From the NCBI GenBank assembly GCA_043228905.1, contig JBHGNT010000002.1, forward strand, positions 18,724,001-18,788,000: a stretch of 64,000 bases of DNA, read 5' to 3'. The stretch comes from Azolla caroliniana (taxonomy: Eukaryota > Plantae > Polypodiophyta). Numbering within the stretch: position 1 is the stretch's first letter; each line of letters starts with the position of its first letter. Under the pieces are notes generated by a model. The model saw only the letters and a list, made by a program, of their open reading frames with translations. It was not told the origin of the DNA and ran no database searches. Below, piece after piece: positions 24,975 through 35,099 of the stretch. The position numbers and the translations under genes are program-made.

Positions 24975-27925
24975 TAGTTGACCTTTAGATTTATCACATT
25001 TTATTAGCCCTCTTATTTAATAAAAACCAAACCATGGTGTTCTTCTGATTTCACCCCAAGAATTGGCAATCTATTCTTCCATCAATTTGCTTGGATAACT
25101 ACCTATCTCAATTTCTTACTATTGTGAAGAGCACTTGAGCTGCCATATCACAATACCTAGTGCATGAGATAGATTTGTATCCATATAAGAAAGCTTGATA
25201 ATAAATCCATCTTCTGACGTTTAAAAGAATAGTTCCTTATAGTGTGGCATCTTCCTTCCAAGAGATATTGTGGAGTAGTGCAACATTTATACTTATGCAA
25301 CTAGAACAATCTAGTATTTGAACATACAAACAATGTTTATATCTATGTTCATTGAGTTATTTTCACGACATGAGTACTATTCTTGATTAACTTTGCTTTC
25401 AGAGTTCGTAACTCCACCGTCCTTGCCCAGATTATATCATGGGACACTAATGATTTGTTCCTTATAATGGGCACAAATATCAAGAACAAAGGGCTTTGTG
25501 CTTCATGCAACTTCATTCCACAAATTTCTACTCTATGGAGACGAGTTGTGTTACAAGTGTATCAAACAACCACAATATAGTTTGTGGTTCTTCGAATTGA
25601 TATGTGATATGTGCACATTGTCTTTCAAGGGTTGTATATACAAGAAATTCAATTGAAAGCAACTTCTTGTATGGATAACGGAGACTAAAGCTTTTCCTAT
25701 AGGGAGAACCATATAAAGTCTACAAACAAAGCAACTGTTTTTATTGGAATGGAAAACTCCACTAGAAAGCAGTGTAATGCATTAAAAGGAGATATCAGCA
25801 AGCATACTAGAACCTTATGTAATCAAGAGATGAAGTGAATGGGAAAACTATGTCATTGTTGGAAATTTTTGCAACGAAATTCATCTGAACATTGGGAGGC
25901 ACAAATTTCTAATTTCTCAAATGTAGTTAAATTATGGTGATCAAAGTACAATTGGATGGAGCACAACAACAATGCATACATGGAGGTGTACAATATTTAT
26001 ATGAAACATATGTTTTCTCAATTTGAGTTAATATATTATTGTTATCAACCTTATAATGAGTTCTCATTAAATATGCTTACATCACAAAATTTCTATTTGT
26101 CTCAAAATATTTGAAACATTGTCCCGGTCAATAATATTATGATCAATAATTCATGAGTATTTTTCATGAATTAAAGCATATGCGAACATCTTCCAATTCC
26201 CGACAAATATAAGACCACCATAAAAGTAAATGAAAGTCACCTCCCAACCATGACCTTAAACACATGGTGCTCTCAAAGTTTGTCTTTAAAGTTTTCTTGA
26301 TTACTATTTGCATTAGTAGCTATTAGCTATTATGAATTGTTCCTCGGTGTGTTCTCCCATATAGGGTCTCCTTCATGCTAAAAGTTTTCTTCCTTCAAAC
26401 TGAAATTAGAGTGACTTTTACACAACATAATCATATACTCTTGTTGATCATACTCACAAAGGTTGTCAACTAACAATTGGGCAAGGACAATCTACAACTT
26501 AACTTATATTTTGACGTGATGCTCACTATGTGCCAAATGCAATTGTTGAGATGTGGATAAATTTAATTGGTCTAAGTTTAGATTCAATCTTGAGACCTTT
26601 TTTAGGCTTTTGGAGGCTATTGTTGGGGAATCACTAGGAAAGAGTATGTTTTTGGGTGGATTTCATGGTTGATTTCTATAATAATCCCTTGTAACTTCAA
26701 TTTCTAGGTAATGACAATCATACTGAAGTTAGTATGCCCAATTTGAATATTTTCCAATTGGAGTCTTCATAGATGTCAATAGCTTCCACAAGCTAAATAA
26801 TTTGTTTCAGAGTTAATTCGTTTTTAACTTCTTCTTTATTAGTTATTTCTTTCATTGGCTATATTCATTTTCATGTGTTCAGACTATTGCTAAGAGGATG
26901 AAGCCACACATCGGAGAGGCCTTGTATCATAAGATTAACATCATTTAGAAAATATGGGACATCATGGACAAGTAGCCTAACTGGTTCAAAGTTGTTTATG
27001 TAATGTCTAATATCCTACATGGACTTAAGAAATGTGTTCATTTAGAAGATGGTGTGATCGACAAACCTTGCACCCAAATGCTAAGACGAATGAACTGAGA
27101 AGATATTTTAGAAAGAAACAAAAAGGTTTGCATAATCATGACATTCATAATTTTGTGCTATGTATAGGAATGTAAATCAAATCTAAGAAAACAACGGCCT
27201 ATTTTATCAACTATACAAGAAATTTATTTCTAGCAAATAAGTAGGACCAGCCAAAAGGGAAAGGTAGGTATTTGCTTTTGATTCTAACCCATATCTAGAG
27301 ACACACCAATAGAAGTTAACCTCTGTAATGAAAAACAAACATTGTCCTTTTGGTGAGATTATGACACTCGTGTTGTACAACTATTGTGTTCATCCTACCA
27401 TTATTTAACCAGATGCACTAGGAATTCTACCCTGATTATGGAAGACTTACATCAATGTTGATATTGTAATTGGGCTCTGGACTCTAAAACTAGTGTCTAC
27501 TGAGTACTCTCTCGCATGGCGTTGAATATACATGAAATTCTATTGATATGTTGTTGGAACGCTCAACTCAAAATCAGATTCTTCACTCAACGACGCATAT
27601 ATATTTTCTTACAAGTTCAAACCCTTCTAGCACAAAGCAATGCCCTCATTATATAAAGTGTATGATACCCAGGTTATACGTTGTGATTAACTAGGTCATT
27701 ATGTCTTCTGATTTATACAAGAACAGAAGATCCAAAGATAAGAAAATGATATTCTTCATCCTGAAGAGCAGAACTTCACTTCAAGATCAAGGTGATCTTC
27801 ATCGTGTGCAAGCAGAACGGTTATTCCCATCAACAAGCTTCTGAAAAGAAGCACCAGACATGGTAAACCATAGGTATATACACTCAAATAAGCCAACTCA
27901 CAATGTCACAAATGCTATGAGTAGG

Positions 27926-28352
27926 ATTGAAAACTCTCACCTTGTCATTGAAGCAAGGTTTTGATTTGCGGATTGGTGAAATTTTAGAGAACAAGGTCAC
28001 GTTCATCAACTAAAGTTAAAAGCAAAGTACGTTGATAACTACATTGACATCATGCTTCCTAATTAATTGAGTTAAAACACTACGAATAATTGATGGAGCA
28101 TTAATTATAATAGAATAGAATTTAGAAACTCCATTAATTATAATTGAAAACTCTCACCTTGTCATTGAAGCAAGGTTTTGATTTGCGGATTGGTGAAATT
28201 TTAGAGAACAAGGTCACGTTCATCAACTAAAGTTAAAAGCAAACTATGTTGATAACTACATTGACATCATGCTTCCTAATTAATTGAGTTAAAACACTAC
28301 GAATAATTGATGGAGCATTAATTATAATAGAATAGAATTTAGAAACTCCATT
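27926..28352. repeat. Tandem duplication, 217-bp period
   Basis: Copies start at 27926 and 28143 and are nearly identical. Confidence 0.95.
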
Positions 28353-28477
28353 TTGTTTCAAGTGAAGAAGTTTCATTCACCATGAGCCAAAGCTATGATA
28401 ATATCATTGTGCAAACATTTGCAGTGACTAAACTTTCTACTACATTATATTTTATTGCAAGTTATCCTAAATGAAGG

Positions 28478-28941
28478 CAACTTGGTAATATGAGACAGAA
28501 CAAACTGTGAACCTTAGAGAAATATATGCATAATGAGCAAAGAAACAATTTGGGTCTTCTTATTGCCAAATGGATCTTTTTCAAAACTTGAAAAGCATTT
28601 GGACTGTTCTCATGAAATCAACTTGGTAATATGAGACGGAACAAACTGTGAACCTTAGAGAAATACATGCATAATGAGCAAAGAAACAATTTGGGTCTTC
28701 TTATTGCCAAATGGATATTTTTCAAAACTTGAAAAGCATTTGGACTGTTCTCATGAAATCAACTTGGTAATATGAGACGGAACAAACTGTAGATGAGGGC
28801 AACTTCATAATATGAGACGGAACAAACTGTGAAACTTAGAGAAATACATGCATAATGAGCAAAGAAACAATTTAGGTCTTATTATTGCCAAATGGATATT
28901 TTTCAAAACTTGAAAAGCATTTGGACTGTTCTCATGAAATC
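28478..28941. repeat. Tandem repeat (~140 bp x3 plus a partial unit)
   Basis: caacttggtaatatgagac...ctcatgaaatca is repeated. Confidence 0.9.
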
Positions 28942-29100
28942 ACACATTTTTGAAAAATTTGTCCAGAGTTATGAAAAACAAATCACTAAATAATGTTAAA
29001 GTGAATCATCAGTTTGTAATAAATTTTCATAACTAATCAATTTGGCAACACATTTCTATTCTAGAAATATTGGAAGCAAATTTAGATGCATCCGTAAGTG

Positions 29101-29262
29101 AAACAAGAATTAGAGTAGATTCTGAACTTGATGTACAATTACAAAGTTAGAAGAATGATAGGATAGGCTGGATAAGAATTTGGAACAAGAATTAGAGATG
29201 TTAAAGGGTATATTCTGAACTTGATGTATAATTACAATGTAAGAAGAATGATAGGATGAATA
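29101..29262. repeat. Imperfect direct duplication
   Basis: aacaagaattagag and attctgaacttgatgta...agaagaatgataggat each occur twice. Confidence 0.75.
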
Positions 29263-29966
29263 AGGATTTGGTCTTAAAAATCTAAACCTTGAAATTTTTC
29301 TTCAAAAAACTTGACCTAGAGCTCCTTTTGTTTCATTCACTTTGTTTTATTCATTCTTCTACCATATAAATCTTTGCACAAATATTTATCATGCTTCTCC
29401 CAATAATAATAAATATCTGTGCATTCTCTATTTCCTATACTATAAATCTGTCGTCTCCAATAACATGAAATGTTCTCTATTTTCCATGCAACACTAGCCT
29501 GGAATCAGAGTTATAAAGCTTCTGCATATGATAACTGTCTTCTCGAAGAATACAAAATGTTTTTGCATTCACTAAATTTCCATGCAATAGTTAGCATGGT
29601 ATCAGTGTTATAGAGCTCTGCATTGTTATTCAACTAGACTTTTTGGAGGATGAGATTCAAGTAGAAGATGGCAACAATTAAACAATCAAAGAATGTTGCT
29701 TCAACAAGTAATAGTGGCGGGACTATGCTGTACGACATGAGGTCATGTCAGGTAGTTAAAGTCGGAGAAGAACATTAACGGGACAAGCTATGAGTTCTGG
29801 AAGTTAAAAGTGTGCACGATGTTGAATTCAGCCTGGAATAGGTGTTGAGCTGATGGGGATTTTAAGATCCAAAGAACCCAATGGTTGTGATATCTCAAAC
29901 TGCAAATGTGTTGCAAGGATGGAAAAGGCAAAATGTAGATACCATGTATGCAGCTCTTTCATTAAT

Positions 29967-30152
29967 TGATCCAATATTGATGATGTTTCAATACACGTTT
30001 TAGGCGGAAGATGATAGGAAAATATTGTGGATCAATATGCAATACAAAATGAGAGAATAGGATCCAATGTTTCAATACATGTTTTAGGCGGCAGATGATA
30101 GGAAAATACTGTGGATCAATATGCAATACAAAATGAGAGAATAGGATCCAAT
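29967..30152. repeat. Tandem duplication (~87 bp x2)
   Basis: atgtttcaatac...gagaataggatccaat is repeated. Confidence 0.9.
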
Positions 30153-32106
30153 ATCTAGAGAAACAATTGGCTTCTAAGCAGATACGCAAATTGGAGAAAG
30201 CAGAGGAGATCAACGTCAGGACCATATGTCAGTGGTTGTCTAGTTACCGTCGTGTAGGTGCACAGAGCCCAAGGCCTAAAATTCATGTGACGACTTGTGA
30301 GATAAATAAACCATTGAGGTATTATTTGTTATGCCAACATATATTTACGTACGGGCAGTATCAATTATCCTGGAGGAAAAATTCGAAGCCCATGAAATAT
30401 TCAATATTTTAATAAAATGGTAGAAAATATGATGCATTTAAATTTATCTAAATTTGTAGTAACATACATACCTACACACTACATTCTTTTATACATCCAT
30501 GATAAACAAAATCTGTGTAGAGCATTTAAAATGAGTTGTTATCAAAGGATATATTCATATTAAAGGGGTATATTGATTAATTATTCTTTTCCTAAACGGT
30601 CTCAAGAATAATAAGACATAGGTAGAAGGGGTTCCAAAAAGAGATGCCACAAATGCATGTGGTGCAGCAATGCATTATCTTCAAAGTAATGATCGCATGG
30701 ATCACAATCCGTGCATTCTCCTTTAGCATGGTTCACAGTCCGTGCATTCTTCAAAGTGTGGTAGCATGGATCACAATCCATAGTGTGGTGGCATCACAAT
30801 CCATGCATCATCTCCAAAGTATGGCAACATGGACAGATGGCTCCTAGATAGGAGAGGTACATAGATAGCAGAAGTCAAAAGGAGCTGATTCGAAAACTCC
30901 AGGGATGTCAAAGGTGGAGTTTTTATGTTGGTGAACAAGAAGATATGTCCACCACGGTGAACAAGAAGACATGTCCAACAGAGAGAAGAGGATCAGTAAT
31001 TGCAAAACCTCAACAGGTAGGAGGAAGTGATTGAAAGGAGTGCTTCTAGTTGCCCAAATCCATGGAAAACTTTGGCAAAAGTTGAAGGCGAATATAGGAA
31101 GTGCTTAACGAATGCAAACCTCCACATATTAGCAAAGATGAGTACACTAATGTCAAAAATGAACATTGCCATGAAGAACTCACTCTCATGATGATTGACA
31201 ATTCACCCCACTCCAAGAGAAAATATGCAAGTTTTACACTATCCAAGAGATAATCAAACAATGTTCATCCATAAGGTCATCACGCTGTGGACAAGTCAGC
31301 ATCTTAAGGAGGAATGGAAGGGGATGGAAACAACAATAGATTGGAAAATCAGACAAGAGGTGTTGGCTCAGAGCATTTATCATGATTAGAGTTCAAAACA
31401 AACAATAATGTGCAGCCACAATAGGATTGACATAGATCAAAACATTCAACAATATTGCAAGAGACTCTCGAACAAGGTAGGGAAACTAGACCAGAGAGTT
31501 TGTCGAAGGAGCATAGACAATGTTTGCCTATCATTTGTTGGCCATAGATCAAATTCTACTTTGGCGAGTCGGAAATGCCTTTGGTTGGGGACGATGATCC
31601 AAAACCGATGACTAAATCATCTGTCAAGTGGAGCATTAGGTCTCCAGCCATAGGAGGCGGCCAACGTAAATCAAAGGACCGTTTATGACTGGTCAAGCAA
31701 ATATAAGGGGTCTTTTTACAAAGCACACAAAGACGATTGATCGTAGGTCAAGCTGGTCTCCTTATTCCATGTGGTTAATAATCAATTATCATCGATATGT
31801 TAAACATGCTATAAAACATGGTGGAACAGGCGGTACACGGACTAACTAGGCAATCAAAAGAGTCAAACCACGATGATGAACAGCAGTAACAGTTGATTCT
31901 TAATGTAAGGCGCAAGGAGCCAAGGATGAAAGCAAGGTAAATAAAGATAATTGAAAGGCAGGGTCAAGTGAAGAACAGCGAAGAAGAATATTAGTAGGGA
32001 TCTATCATTTCCATTAAATAAAAGAAAGAAGGGATGTTTTGTTGGTGGGAGATTAGGAAGACAGATCAAACGAGAGTGAGGGTCAAAAGTGAAGGCGAGG
32101 ACTCAC

Positions 32107-32193
32107 AGAATGAAGAGGCATTGACGGCGGCTGGAGGCAGCCGAGGGAGACCTGGTCACTTGCGCCTCCTCCTCCTTCTTCTTCTTGTACTAC

Positions 32194-32225
<32 letters not shown>

Positions 32226-32272
32226 CTTCTTGTCTTCGGGTGAGGTAATGCTGAACCATGTCTTCTACGCTG
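32107..32272 (-). CDS. MIKC MADS-box gene exon 2 (I domain, poly-Glu)
   Basis: ttctttgcag|C AGC GTA...CAT TCT|gtgagt, 166 nt, phase 2/0; [15 protein letters not shown]11[30 protein letters not shown]. Confidence 0.8.
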
Positions 32273-32436
32273 CTGCAAAGAAAGAATGAAGGAATGAAGG
32301 AAGGAAATCATGATGATTGGTAATTAATGGAATTAAGGAGTAGTATCGAAGCAAAAGCACTGCTTGCAGAGAGGAGAGGATAAGAGTAAATGATGACGGA
32401 ATAATAAATGGATGGATGGATGGATAAAGGCAGTAC

Positions 32437-32618
32437 CAGGGATTGGCGAAGTGGTAGATCTTGCCGGAGCTGGAGAATATGATGAGGGCTACGTCGGCGT
32501 CGCAGAGGACGGAGAGCTCACGTGCCTTCTTCACCAGCCCCACGCGGCGCTTGCAGAACGTCACGTGTCGGGTACTGGCATTCTCGATACGCTTTATCTC
32601 TATCTTGCAGCGCCCCAT
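32437..32618 (-). CDS. MIKC (type II) MADS-box transcription factor exon 1 (MADS domain)
   Basis: [60 protein letters not shown]; typical 182-nt phase-2 exon ending TG|gtactg. Confidence 0.97.
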
Positions 32619-32638
32619 CCCTTCTCCTTCTCTTTCTG

Positions 32639-32703
32639 CTTCTTCTTCTTCTTCTTCTTCTTCTTCTTCTTCTTCTTCTTCTTCTTCTTCTTCTTCTTCT
32701 TCT
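32639..32703 (-). repeat. (GAA)n microsatellite just upstream of the MADS ATG
   Basis: About 21 TTC units on the + strand. Confidence 0.95.
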
Positions 32704-32844
32704 GCTCCTGCTTCTGTAGCTGCTTCTCCTGCTCCTGCTCCGGGCGCGATTCGATTCTTCTGTGCAGAAGAAGCAAGACTGTGATTGTTCGACTGCTTAC
32801 ACAACAACTCAACTCTCACATTCTGTGTCTTCTTCGTTGATATT

Positions 32845-32853
32845 TGTATATAA
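32845..32853 (-). promoter_or_regulatory. Putative TATA box of the MADS gene
   Basis: TTATATACA on the minus strand about 230 nt upstream of the ATG; position-based only. Confidence 0.4.
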
Positions 32854-33733
32854 GTATTTCATTTTATTTTTATGTACATTACATACATACATACATACAT
32901 ACATATTGCTAGCACAGCACCAAATTTACTACATACATATTTGGAAACTTACCATGTCTTCGTTTCTCGTCCTCCCCCCCCCCCCCCCCATACACGGCCT
33001 TCCTTATCATTAAGGGTGCGCGACCTTCTTCATAGTATATAAATAATCGTAGCACTTCCGTATGATTAAGATTGCATTATTCACATGCATGATCCAAATG
33101 CAATGGTGTAGCCATATTACGCGATCTAATTTAACATCTGCCTGTTACAAACACGTACGTCACGTTCAATTGGTCTCGAACACTTTAAACCATACATCGA
33201 TCCATGCTCAAAGGTGTCGGTTCAAATGTCTAGGCTTTATTTAAAAGGAGTCATTTATGTTGAAGAGAAATTATATGACCAATGTTGATTGTTTCATTAC
33301 TTACTAGACAAACCATTTATTAAACAATAAACGTGTGGCACAATATATATCTACTTGGCTATACTCATTTATGAATCCTCCAAACTCATGGTATGATGCA
33401 TGCTATGACACGGAAGCCAAGAGCAGATACAACTTCATCGAGTTATTTACTTCCATCGTGAACATTCTACTTCACATTGTTCCAAAAGGAATGTAGATTG
33501 CACTCTATAAAATATATGGTTCAATGATTGTACCCATACTTTTTAATTCAAATTTGTTGACCTTTGTGTGGATCAAATGGGATAGGATTTGGAAATGGTG
33601 GTTTACCAATTGAAAATATGGGGACTTGCGCTGTAAATCTTATTCCATCCGAACCATATGCCCTACCTTCCAAAGCAAGTAATTTATGTATTTTAGGAGG
33701 ATTATATAAGAACCAAAAGTAAGCTTCGAACTC

Positions 33734-33974
33734 AATGCCTTTCCTTCATGAAAGAATGTAAATATCACTAACATAAACTATTTTATATAAAATATATATT
33801 TGTGAGTCCAATAATGCCTTTCCTTCATGAAAGAATGTAAATATCACTAACATAAACTATTTTATATAAAATATATATTTGTGAGTCCAATAATCCCTTT
33901 CCTTCATGAAAGAATGTAAATATCACTAACATAAACTATTTTATCTAAAATATATATTTGTGAGTCCAATAATC
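33734..33974. repeat. Tandem repeat, 79 bp x3
   Basis: Units start at 33734, 33813 and 33892. Confidence 0.95.
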
Positions 33975-35099
33975 GTTAATGATATGTAAGCAAAGCATAA
34001 GACCCAAGTGGTGTCATGCTCTTAGTGCATGTGAGACCCAATATAAAGGGCCTCTTTTCTTATGTAAAGGGGGGGAGATAGAAGGAGAAGAGAATAAAAG
34101 AGCAACATGGCTCACAAATTCTCATAAGGAGGGGAAAGAGGTGTAAGTTCATATGAATTAATATAATCACATTTGTTTCCATTTGAATAGAGTTATAAGT
34201 TAATATTTCAATATATATAAAAAATATAGTTTTTATTTAAGGATAAGTTGTAATCGTTTTGAACAATCCTTTCGATCCTCCATCATCACTTGTGGATCGA
34301 GGCCTGGTGCTTGTTCGTGCAGGTGTGACGCGCACTTCGCGACAAGGTAAGCCTTTCATGCAAAAGTTTGTAAACCCCATTGCGCTACTAGCTTTGACAC
34401 ATGAATTTCCTAGCCATTTCTCAATTTAGTATGGATTACGCTTAACAAGATTTTGATATTTAAATTCAACGTGAGCTTAGATTCTCACAATTGCAATGTC
34501 TCAAAGCTCAAGATCAACTTATTTGAAGATTACAAAGAAGCGGATTAGGAAGACGTTCTTCCACTTTTGGTGGTCCAAGCTCTTGACTGACATCCATGTT
34601 GCGTCTAGTCCATGTAGTTTTTATATTAAATTGTAGTGTGCATGGTAATGGACACACATATTAAGTTTTGGATTGACAATTTATCTAAATAATCAACAGG
34701 GTTAGTTAACCCTAAGGCATAATTTAGACACATATACTTCTAAAGTTTGAATTCGAGTAATGTGAAATCAATTTTGTGTGCCCACATTATGCTTCTAGAA
34801 TTGCATGGGAAGCAAGCAAAAAGATCCAAAAGACGCATAAAAGCCAAATTTTGTGTTCCTGTTGGATGCAAGATATAGAAAAATGGTTTGGTAGATGGGA
34901 TGCATCAATAGATTCCTCTGTAAATGAGGCCTTTTTGCAACGTCAATATATCATGACATGGGACAAATGTGGAGGCACAGGCTTCACACATTATTCGAGG
35001 GCCATGACGGATTTTTTGGATCTCAATTCCAACCACTGAGCAAGGAAATGCATATACTCGTCTAAATTTTCGGGTGGTGAGAGCCGAACTTGCCACGCC

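Larger units (their letters stand above)
6309..32106 (-). other. Giant intron 2 (25,798 nt) of the MADS-box gene
   Basis: The phase-0 GTGAGT donor at 32106 is compatible with the phase-0 acceptor at 6309. No other M-domain or K-domain exons were seen between them. Confidence 0.75.

Noticed and set aside
32265-32819. Single-exon 184-aa type I MADS protein as in the ORF track
   Set aside because: The ORF starts at GTG and reads into intron 1; a canonical 182-nt exon and downstream I/K/C exons indicate a spliced MIKC gene.
32034-32840. Poly-Leu/Phe/Ser/Lys ORFs on other frames
   Set aside because: These are shadows of the (TTC/GAA)n microsatellites.
33777-33800. MEF2-type CArG box in the promoter repeat
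   Set aside because: ctattttata lacks the terminal G of CTA(A/T)4TAG; I found no perfect CArG box by eye.
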